Positions 24,865 to 34,949 of a stretch of DNA of 36,769 bases are shown piece after piece (position 1 is the first letter of the stretch; every line of letters begins with the position of its first letter). Source of the stretch: Nemertoderma westbladi (lineage: Eukaryota > Animalia > Xenacoelomorpha); contig JAUCBJ010001857.1 in the NCBI GenBank assembly GCA_032718475.1, forward strand, positions 1 to 36,769, given 5' to 3'. Below the pieces are notes generated by a model. It saw nothing but the letters and a program-made list of their open reading frames with translations. It was not told the DNA's origin and did not search any database. Position numbers and translations under genes: made by a program.

Positions 24865-25557
24865 ATGTTTCAGATCCATGCGATGTTGATAAATCCTGGT
24901 GGGAATTGAACATGCTTAGTGGTGCTACTGATATAATTGGAACACATCATGGTGAAATTGAAGGTTCATTAACATACGGCCCTGGTCCTGGAGGGATAGA
25001 GAACCAAGCAACATACTTTGCAGCTGGATATATCTCCATCCCTCATCATCCAGATGAATTAACCTCAGAGTCATTTACATTTATTGCCTTGATCTATAAC
25101 CAAATGTCTGGTACTGGTCCAGTTTTCGAATTTAGTGGGTTGGTTGCAACAGATGTTGGAATACACCTATGGAATCTGCCTGCAATGACTGATTTAACAT
25201 TCTACTCAGAAGTTACCGGGGTTGCCTCAATCACACTATTGAATGCCATTGTAGTTCAACAATGGTATTTAGTTGCTGTCGGTGTGAATGCCAGTAAGAA
25301 GGAGAAATTTGTTCTCAGTAAGCAACTCGGGGGCAACAATCCAACTGAAATAAAGAAAGTTGGAACTCCGATCACTGAGCGATCAAAATATGACTTCACT
25401 GCGGACCTGGTTTTGGGAAAGCGACTAAATAATCGCGTTCCTGCATTTGCTTCCTACCCTGGATACATTGCCCATGCACGTTACTACAGCTGTTATTTAT
25501 CAGATACAGAAATTGATGAAATCTGTGACGATTTGTTAAGTCATCAGCCAAACAATA
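24865..25557 (+). CDS. Internal coding exon 4 (subtype B): one ConA-like/LamG-like domain
   Basis: Acceptor gtgcag|AT at 24865 (an alternative in-frame tttcag|AT at 24874), donor AATA|gtaagt, 693 nt, phase 1-1. Reads DVSDPCDVDKSWWELNML..HHGEIEG..GPGPGGIEN..GYISIPHHPDELTSESFTF..YPGYIAHARYYSCYLSDTEI..LLSHQPNN. Confidence 0.9.
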
Positions 25558-25796
25558 GTAAGTTCATCTAAAACATAATAATATATATTAACTAATAAGT
25601 TCAAGTCATTACCTCTGTTTTGAAAAATGAACAGAAGTTTATTATATCATATTATTATTATACAACACCCACCCTGTGGAATGGCAAACCAGGGTGTGGT
25701 ATTTGCCCCGAGAGCTGACTCGGCAAAAAAGCGCCCCCCAACCCCCACTATGGATCACATTAGTAATGCGGAGGTCCGGCCACTAGAGGCCAGTGG

Positions 25797-28097
25797 AATT
25801 ACTAGTGGAGGTAAGACTTAGTCTGCGTGCTAGCAGAACAACGAAATCTGCCATACCGCGGCATGACTGGTCCTCTCTGTTGCAACAGCCAAGTGTGAGA
25901 TCCAGCTTCACTACTACTACTACTACTACTACTAGCATCGGCATGCTGCATTGCAGCTGCACTTTTAAGAATACTGTGCCGGCTTATCGACAAAATTGCA
26001 CCGCCACAACTCCCTATCACCCATGACATTTGCTAGATCATCCGCATCTTCAAGGCCAGTGTCCTTTAAGATGCGTCTCAAGAAAGTCATGGGCTGTCCA
26101 CCATGCTTATTCACTCCATGAGGCTGCACTGGCTGGTTCTCACGGCGAAAGCAATGTCCTGCAAAGCGGAGGCGATCTTGTTCTAGTGTCAAGCTTGGGG
26201 GAACCAATGAGACACCTCCAATGTTATATAGTGTCTGGTTGGAGCTTCACAGGTTCCAGCTTCACACTACAGCTGAGCAACAGGTATGAGGTTCTTGCCT
26301 CTGAGGCGGCAGATCACTGTGAGGGCTATACTGCCTTCACAGAAGCAGTTAAGTTAGCAGCTGCAGAAACAGTTCCTGTATACCCTCGAAACAGGAAAAG
26401 GGCCCCCTGGACTGACAACAAAATTCAGAAGTGCCGAAATGACCTCTATAAGGCGTAGAAAGAGTCCTGACTCAAACAGACTACAGCGGCCAAGAATGCA
26501 GTTAAGGCTGCATCTAGGTCCCTGAACAGGCAGTGCTGAACAGGCTAATAAACCAACAGGTTGATGCTATCAATGATGCTGACGACAGCAGGCAATCATC
26601 CCAGGCATGGAAATCGATCAACTTGCTTACTGGGTGGAAAAGCCAACCAACCACCAAGGTTAAGGCTGAATCACCAGCCAATCGCCTCAATGGTTGGAAG
26701 GCCCACTTTGAAAAGCTTCTCAATAATGACAGGGTATTGCCTGATAACTTTATAGAAGTAAAAGTGTCTGAGTCTGTACTCCCAGATATTCCCATTGGTG
26801 ATATCTCCTTTGCAGAAGTGAAGGCTGCTGCAAAGAGCATTAAGACCAATCGTGTCAGTGGAGTAAATGGTGTTCCACATGAGGTCTTTAAAATACCTGA
26901 GTGTTTAAAGCTCATCTATCCCATCATAGTAGACATGTACCGAACAACAAGAGTCCCACAAGAAATGAAAATAAATAAGTTGGTTGCCAGTTCCCAAGAA
27001 GGGCAACCTAACACTCTATGGTTCTTTTTGGGGAATCTCATTGATCTCGATTGCTACAAAGCTATAAAATATAATTCTATTAAATCGCATCAGGGATCCC
27101 ATTGAGAGACTGCTCCGTGGAAATCAGAATGGGTTCCATAAAGGTCGTGGGACCTTGGAGCCCATTTTGGCACTTAGAAGGATAATTGAAGAGTTATCAA
27201 AAAAGAAAGACAGGCATCTGGCTGTTATCTTTGTTCATTATATTTGTTCATATCTTCTGTTATCTAACTGATCTAGAATTTGCTGATGACTTAGGAGTAC
27301 TCTCAGAATCACTAGAGGGAGCCCAACGGCTCCTCAGCTCATTAGAACATGCTGCTTCTAGTGTTGGTCTTTTTATTAACTCCAGAAAGACCAAAATTTT
27401 GACAGTTAACTTTGAAAGTCCTCAGCAAGTCTCTGATCGGATGAGCATAAGCTCAAAGGATGGTATGCTTGAGCATGTGGACGACTTCTGTTACCTGGGA
27501 TCATGGATCCGGAAGTCAGGTGAGGACCTTCGAATACGTAAGGGAAAGGCATTGGCAGCCTTGAATAGGCTTTCCAGGATTTGGAAGTCACCAAGAATTA
27601 ATCGGAAACTTAAGGTCCGATTATTTAGAGCAGCAGTAGTTCCAGTACTCCTCTATGGGAGTCCATGCTGGGCTCTAACTGCTGAGGACACCAAATCTCT
27701 GGATGGCATATTCACAAGAATGCTACGCCGGGTTCATTGTGTCAAGTACAATGCACACATCTCCAACCAGTCACTATATAACATTGGAGGTGTCTCAATG
27801 GTTCCCCCAAGCTTGGCACTAGAACAAAATCGCCTCCGCTTTGCAGGACATTGCTTTCGCCGTGAGGACCAGCCACAGCATAATCTTGTACTTTGGCAGC
27901 CTCATGGAGTGAATAAGCATGGTGGACAGCCCATGACTTTCTTGAGACGCATCTTAAAGGACACTGGCCTTGAAGATGCGGATGATCTAGCAAATTTCAT
28001 GGGTGATAGGGAGTTGTGGCGGCGCAATTTTGTCGACAAGCCGGTACACCATTCTTAAAAATGCAGCTGCAATGCAGCATGCCGATCCTAGTAGTAG
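25797..28097 (+). mobile_element. 5'-truncated RTE-like LINE (end of APE domain, linker, RT with internal deletion, (TAG)n tail), interrupted by an antisense copy of its own 3' end
   Basis: Reads LLVEVRLSLRA..SSFT|insert|SSFTLQLSNRYEVL..KRAPW..WKAHFEKLLN..QNGF..EFADDL..FCYLGS..LYGSPCW. Stop at 28056-28058, then aaatgcagctgcaatgcagcatgccgatcc-tagtagtag. The KAFD to GVLQG segment present in the 205-1975 copy is missing around 27230-27260. Confidence 0.9.
25911..26244 (-). mobile_element. Short 5'-truncated antisense copy (3' ~330 bp) of the same RTE-like LINE with a long (TAG)n tail
   Basis: (CTA)8 at 25911-25934 is followed by sequence matching 220-548. It is flanked by the direct repeat tccagcttcac (25901-25911 and 26255-26265), consistent with a TSD. 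Confidence 0.88.
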
Positions 28098-28099
28098 TT

Positions 28100-28745
28100 A
28101 ATTAGTAAGGTGTGGATCCTCCCAGTCCACAAAGAGAACGCACTCTATGACTCGCAGCTTCACCAATATACCTCACCCATTTGATTTCCCTCTCTAACCC
28201 CATCACTGGCTGCTGGACCAATGCACTTCTTAGCACCTCATTATCACTTAACTCTCGGATTCCCAGTTCCGCATCTCTAATGCCACTCGCCTTGTAAGCA
28301 AAGTTGTGCAACTACCCCACAACTGCGACCGATGTGGAAGCACCATGTCGGCAAATGGCCACCATAGACTTTCACCTGGCTCCCTCACCTGGGATGCGAT
28401 GTGGTGGATCCTCTGGTTCCAAGCCATTTTCCCTAGACCCTAATTTGTGGGGGGCGCACAGCGGGGGAGCCAAATGAGGAAAGATTGTGTCCTACAATGA
28501 GGTGATGGAGCGCCGCCACATCTTCCATCCTGTGGCCTTTGAGACCTTGGGTCGCCCCAGACCTGTAACTTCCAACTCCAAGAGACTGGTTCCCGTCTCC
28601 ATACAGTTAACCATAAACCCCACTAGCACCTGTTCCTCTTACACCAAATCGGGATAGGGATATAATGCTGTGTCCATCCTAACGACAGCCAGCGGGACCC
28701 TCTCCAGGTGGCTTCTTTGACTCTCTGGAGCCATAGCTGTAACCC
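28100..28745 (+). mobile_element. Decayed 3' end of a CRE-like non-LTR retrotransposon (zinc knuckle plus restriction-like endonuclease)
   Basis: Frameshifted translation gives GCWTNAL..QFRIS..TRL..PHNCDRCGSTMSANGHHRLS, LTWDA..VVDPL, KIVSY..HIFHPVAFETLG and ..NAVSIL. This is the order of motifs expected in CRE-clade C-termini. It is absent from the ORF track because of frameshifts. Confidence 0.7.
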
Positions 28746-29369
28746 CCACATTAACGTACAGTAGTTGAATTCTACCTCTGTTTATTTAGTAGTGTTTATT
28801 TAGTTTATTTAGGTAATTTACTCAGTATAATATTTAGTAATTATTATAGTTTTCATAGATTTCGTAGGTTTATTTGAAAATTAAAATATTATGTAATAGG
28901 TAATACATAATGTATAACTTTATGCGGTGGCTGTCTGACTATACGTATACACGTGTGAGAATTGTTTATACAGCATGTGCAAATCCAGTGGCATACATAG
29001 GACAGAGTGTATTTGTTACATACAGGAATAGTCGGTACCGGTACTAGTAGATAGGCCTAAGCATTAAGTAACACCTTCTGTATATATATTCTATTGCACA
29101 ATTAACTAGAACCACTACATATTCTATAATACTTTGATACTTGATATTTAATATAACACAAGATTGTGAAATTTAATGTTTAACATATATTTTATAAGAA
29201 ATGTTGCTTTACTTTTAAATAAATAATTATATTTTCGAATAATATCACATAACCCAAGTGGCATTCTATTATAGCCATGTCTATCAGTCTATCATGACCA
29301 TGTCTATCATATTTATTTTTTCATTTATTTGTACATAAATATTTTTTATTTTTTATATATTTTTCATAG

Positions 29370-30044
29370 CTGTACCACCACCTTCTTGCAACAATGCAGC
29401 ACACTGGCCATTGAATTCGGAATACATAGCTAAAGATTTAACCAAACAGTTCAATGGTACAATAAGTGGAGATTTGGTTTATAGACCCGGAATCACAGGA
29501 ATTGAGTACCAAGCGATTGACTTCCGAAATTTCTACATCTCAATTGACCACGGAATCAATGAATTAACATCAGAAACATTTACCTTTGTTGCCTTTATAA
29601 GGAACACTGGGGGAACTGGTCCTATATATGAATTTGGAGATCTATCAAGCAGAGGTTCATATTTATTCAGCTATCAAGTTGCCACGTCTCTGTGGTACAA
29701 TCCGGCAACTATAGGAAATCCTAATAATTTTAAGGAGGTTATCAATGCTGTTGTTATCAATGAATGGCATATGGTTGCCCTTAGTGTGGCGGCTGATGAT
29801 ATGAAGGTATTCATGTACTCGAGGAATGTTGCAACTAATGTTCGTGTGTGGTCGGAGTTTGGGGATTCATTTGGATTGAGATCACCTAATGATCAAACAA
29901 CTCCTTTACTTTTGGGGGTTGCGTTTGACCTTACCACACATTTCCCAGGATTCATTGCTCATGCCCGTTTTTACGAATGTTCGCTATCATTGGGACAGCT
30001 TGATGTTATTTATGATGAAGTGGTCGCCATGGAAGACAATTATG
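29370..30044 (+). CDS. Internal coding exon 5 (subtype A): near-identical copy of exon 3
   Basis: Acceptor tttttcatag|CT, donor TATG|gtaagt, 675 nt. Same protein as exon 3. I saw only two synonymous differences (TGT/TGC, TAT/TAC). Offset 17415 bp. Confidence 0.92.
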
Positions 30045-30335
30045 GTAAGTGACACTCCAAACGGAATATATCCAAAAAATAACTAAAGATTTACAAGTAT
30101 CTCCTTAAAGTGAAAAGGGGCGATCCCTGAGGCCCTTTGCCACCCAGGAAACCAAAAGGTCACCTGAAACAGTTATTAACCAAAATGGGAAACAATTAAC
30201 ACCCCGGCTTGTAAGGACCACAAAGGTCTACTTACAAGCAGTGAGCCTTGCCAGAAGAACCAAATTGCATGTCAGATGAGCGTGCAATCTACCATATATT
30301 AACCCTATTACCACTGGGGTATTTAGACCATTAAC
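29370..30335 (+). repeat. Segmental direct repeat of 11955-12920 (exon, ~260 bp of intron and left end of the piggyBac-like MITE)
   Basis: The two copies match base for base by eye from the exon start to ..gtatttagaccattaac, apart from the two exonic substitutions. The upstream introns do not align. Confidence 0.95.
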
Positions 30336-31645
30336 CCCTTAAGACCGGGAACACAACCCCATTATACACCCAAGGAGCCGGGACATTTTAGAGAAATTTG
30401 TACTTTCAAGTTAAATGTTTTAGCACCCTGGCCATTGTGTAAATAATGGTTTAGATTCTTCAGAATGAGCAAGGAAGTCTACCTATAGTATATAAATATA
30501 TTATACGACTATTTATTTATATATAATATAATAAATTAATTATATTATATATATAAATAAATAATTATATATAATTTACTCAAGATCAGCTGACATATTT
30601 TTTTACAATTACAATATTTATTTATTTAGGTACCGGCACTCTAGTTATTTATTTAGAATATTTATTGATTCTGTATATTCATTTATTTATTATATTTATT
30701 TATTTATTATGATATTTATTAGATTATAACCTTAAATTTTGTATATTACAAAAAAATTTGAAAAAAAGATCTAATATTTGGTTTACGAATTGCACCCATC
30801 AGCAGAGTCAACCCGATAAATTTCTTCATTTCCTCGACAGAAACATCCCGCCACTTGATAATGTGCGATTTTTTGGGTTGTGGGTCTACAGGATCTGTGG
30901 GTGAGGAGTCCTGGTGTTCGAAATATAATCGCGATCTGACATTGGTCCATTCAGCCAGAGAAGAAAAAACTACATCTGGAAAGAAAACCTTCAAGTAATC
31001 CAGTTCACTAAACTCCGAAGTATCAACTCCCTTCCAGCCGGGATTGCCAATAAACCGGATTGGATTATTCTCGGAAATATAGCGTTCCTCCTCCGGTGTT
31101 ACGAACTTCCACCCCGGATCCACAGATGGTCCTGTCGGTTGCCGTTGCGATGATGAACCGCCAACTGATCCCGGTTGAGTTGGAAGTGGATCCTCAATCT
31201 CGTCTGACTCCGCATCGTTGTCGTAACTGTCGCTGGTATCGGTATCAACACTCTCAACATCTTCGCGATCAATGTCGTCCTCGCTATCGCTGTCCCTACT
31301 CTTTGTGTTAAACCCATAGTACTTCACCGGTTTTACTGTCCGTCTTGGCCGACCACTGCTGTCCATTGCTTCACAGTTATTAGTACGCGTGTATAGTGTT
31401 AGCCTATGTTATATGCTATACTGTTATACAGTAACTATAGATTATTGTAAAAGCTTCTGTGGGATATAACTGGCCCCTTTTGCTTCGCAATCCAGTTTCC
31501 CCACAGGCGCTGGAATACTCTAAAAAGGTTCTCTAACTGTATATATATTCCCCTCGCCCGCAAGGTACCTTTACAGGTGTTTTAACGGACATAAAAATCA
31601 TTCTGCTATATACGTGTTTTGGCGGACATGGTAAGGCAAAAAACC
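30335..31645 (-). mobile_element. Internally deleted piggyBac transposon inserted at a TTAA inside the MITE left end
   Basis: A TTAA|ccccttaagaccggg terminus sits exactly where identity to the 12888 MITE stops. It contains a transposase N-terminal ORF on the minus strand. The other terminus is not seen; it is probably displaced by the downstream insertion. Confidence 0.8.
30746..31366 (-). pseudogene. piggyBac transposase N-terminal fragment (PGBD4-like, DDE_Tnp_1_7 family), truncated before the catalytic DDD core
   Basis: An acidic N-terminus is followed by FIGNPG..SELDYLKVFFPD..LAEWTN..WRDVSVEEMKKFIGLTLLMGAIRKPNIRS. The expected YW and the whole catalytic domain are replaced by AT-rich sequence. 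Confidence 0.88.
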
Positions 31646-32676
31646 TGTAATGCACCAACTACCTTTCACAGCTTAGCCGTGATGATTCATATTACGACAT
31701 CTAACAGCTGGTTGCTGACATGGAAACAGCCATTGGACGCACGGTTCTTTGTTTGGCTTGAGCCAATCGGAGCGATTTTTCCTGTCGACGTGTAGCTTTT
31801 CAGTCGATCATAAGGAGAGTGTTCAGTCTTACTGTTTTTACTTGATACTTTGTTGTTATTGCTGTCTAAGCCAGAAACACCGGCCTTTTGGTAAGAACTA
31901 TAGTAAACTGCTTGAATTATCGAAAGTATAAACTGTTACCTAATGAAACTCACTAATTAACATACTCACTTAATTTAATTGCATTAATCATATTGTTTGT
32001 ACTGTTATTTTACCGTCAGTTATTAATTGTACCTATTTGTTGATGGAAATATTGCTCTTTGGATAATACGGATAAATCACCCAAATTCCCAATTTTCTTG
32101 ATACACTACAGGTTAGAGAGACCGGCTATACATAACAATTGCGATTTATATTAATGTGGTGTGTATTGAATCCAATGTTATTTAGCAGACCCTACGTGAG
32201 TCAATTGCTGCTCCCTTTATGTATGATCAAATATACTGACGGTCGGCAGAATAGTGTGTATGATTGTGATTGGTAACAAAGTATTTCCTAAAGAATACGC
32301 TTTATACTTTAATCATAAGCAGTATCGTTGCGTTTAGTATAAGTCTTAGTTCTGTTTAAATAGATAAAGCGCCACGTCCTAAAGGAACTGTTAATATTTC
32401 CCGAAAGCCAATAATATCTGTCAGAGATTAATTATTAACGATCTATCGAATAATACATTAGGTATACACTGCAACCTTACACTGTAATAATACAATTCAA
32501 GCATCCGAATTCAGTCTCCCGGGTGTAGATCCATCGGGTGAATGATCGCGCATGGGCTGACTTCGGCTAGTGTTTTGCGTATTAGCATAAATTATTGTCG
32601 TATGCTAAAGGTGTTTTAATTAACGAAAAGACATATAAATTTTGGCAGGTTAAACTGCTAAAGGTCTTCAAAAGCG

Positions 32677-32809
32677 CGAACAGTAACAGTTTATAATCTT
32701 ATTGCAGTAGGCAATAAGGTTGCAAGTGTAGGCATTAAATACAGTTTAATACTGTTCTGTCGAACAGTAACAGTTTATAATCTTATTGCAGTAAGCAATA
32801 AGGTTGCAA
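32677..32809. repeat. Direct repeat of a 49-bp hairpin-containing unit (period 84)
   Basis: cgaacagtaacagtttataatcttattgcagta(g/a)gcaataaggttgcaa at 32677 and 32761. Internal stem cttattgc/gcaataag. Confidence 0.9.
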
Positions 32810-33059
32810 AATACCGTAGTGACTGGTAAAACTGAACCGGTGCTTCTGTAGGTCAGTAGGCCTAACTGTCATCACCGGTACCGGTACTGCTGTACAAGTA
32901 CATTAGTATTATTCGATTTTGATTGTTGTATACCGGTAGGTCTTGGTACTTAATCAGGGAACGGCCGCCCTGATTTTTTATTTGAGATTCTACTTATTTC
33001 TGTCGGTTTTATTTACTAGTAGGCTAATATTGAGCAGAAGGCGTGTGACCCTGCTCAGA

Positions 33060-33640
33060 TTGTTCAGATAATTGTAGGCTGAGTTGCTGTCTGACTGTTG
33101 TTGAGTTTGGAGAGATTGCGGCGTGTGTAGAGTTTGTCTGATAAAGTGCCGTTAGTAAGTTGGGGCAGCCATATGCGGTAAGGTCAATCCCCTCTTAAAG
33201 AATAAGTCGTACTACCGTGTTAGAACGCATACTAACTAACAGTTTCAGAGTCTGCATATACCGTAGTTTATTTAGGCTTGATCGTAGTCTGCCAGTGTTT
33301 CGGCCTGTGTTTGTTTGTGTGGTCTGTTCAGGTACCGTAATAGTTATTACTCAAATATTTGTAGGCTGGATTGTTGTCTAGCTATTTTTGGGTCTGAAGG
33401 GATTGCTGCGTGTGTAGAGTTGGTCTGATCAAGTGCCGTTAGTAAGTTGGGGCAGCCATAAGCGGTAAGGTCAATCCCCTCTTAAAGAGTAAGTCGTACT
33501 ACTGTGTTAGAACGCATACTAACTAACAGTTTCAGAATCTGCACATACAGTAGTTTGTTTAGGCTTAATAGTAGTCTGCCAGCGTTTTTGGTTTGTATTT
33601 GTTTGAGTATTCTGTACGGGTAGCGTAATATTTATTATTC
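33060..33640. repeat. Tandem duplication, 287-bp period, two diverged copies
   Basis: gttagtaagttggggcagccat..gcggtaaggtcaatcccctcttaaag..gttagaacgcatactaactaacagtttcaga occurs at both 33151 and 33438. Confidence 0.92.
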
Positions 33641-34949
33641 AGAGTTTATGCGATTATTCGCAACATTCATGTCCCCAAGTTTATTCCTACAGTAATTGTG
33701 CTTGTTATACATACCGTTATAGTTAAACTAACCCCGGTACTACATCAGGGCTGCTTGGCGTAGGTAAAGACTGACGACTTTGTGCTTCGGTCACTCCAGC
33801 AGATGCCGTGGTTCTTTTAACTGTTCAAGTATATTTAACTACTGATTATTTGTTATACCGGTACTTGTACCTAATTTAGGGTTTAGTGTACAGTGCTATC
33901 CGAAGTAATTAGTGTAGGCAGTATATTTGTGTTGTAAAGTGGTTGATAGGCACATTCGTTAGCTCTATTAGCTTCTGGGTAGGAACAATCCGTGATACAT
34001 AACGTAGTACCTATAGCGATACGGTTATAGGTCGTCAGACGGTGGTATTTTCCTATCTGGACAGTGCAATATATTTACTACTACTTATTATTTCAAATAC
34101 CGTAGTACCCTGTCCGTTGTAATAACCAGAATTCTAACCCTTTGTTAGGCTGGTTTGTAGACTTCCTGTAAAATTACCCTAAAAATTTCGTACGTAATAT
34201 TTTGTTGTGTTTAATTAGAGAATTAATCTCCTCAGTATCGTAAGTAATTTGTAGTATTAAGTAACTTAGGTAAATTAGAATTATCAGTTTTAGTGTCAAA
34301 TAAATAGCACTTCACTGAGAGCGCACAGCTTCTGTGTAGTGATTCCCCCAGAAATAATAACATTTATTTCAAATATTGACAAAAACCCATATAAAGGGTA
34401 TATAAATATTATAAATCAAATCAAACGATTTATAAATAGTAGGCCTGTCATACAAAAACTAGGTCTCACTATCAGTTGGACTACTGCTTAAATAACGGTA
34501 ATAAAGTAAGTTAAAGTAACTAAGTAACCCTAAAATATTCAGGAATTCAATTATTCTAAAAATAATTGACATACCGGTACTCACTATAGGCTTATTATAT
34601 TTATCTCTATAAATTTGAGCTGAAATCATACCGGTACTCTGTAATTAATTCTAGTTCATAATTATACTTACATGCTGTAAGTGTAAGCTGTATACCGGTA
34701 TTCATTATAGGCCTACTATATATATATATATATTTGTGCTAAAATTATATACCGGTACTCTGTGACAAATCTAGTCTGTAATAATACTTATATATTATAA
34801 GCATACCAGTATTCTAATATATTGTGTATATATCACGTTACACCGAGTAACGGTACCGGTAATAAATCGCTAGGCTTGCGGTCATACTGAATTACTAGAC
34901 TTGCTTTAACTGAAACTATAGTAGTAGACATTCAACTGTATAACTAAAC

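Noticed and set aside
33765-33810. Hammerhead ribozyme core (CTGACGA followed by a TTCG hairpin)
   Set aside because: There is no GAAA after stem II and no closing stems.
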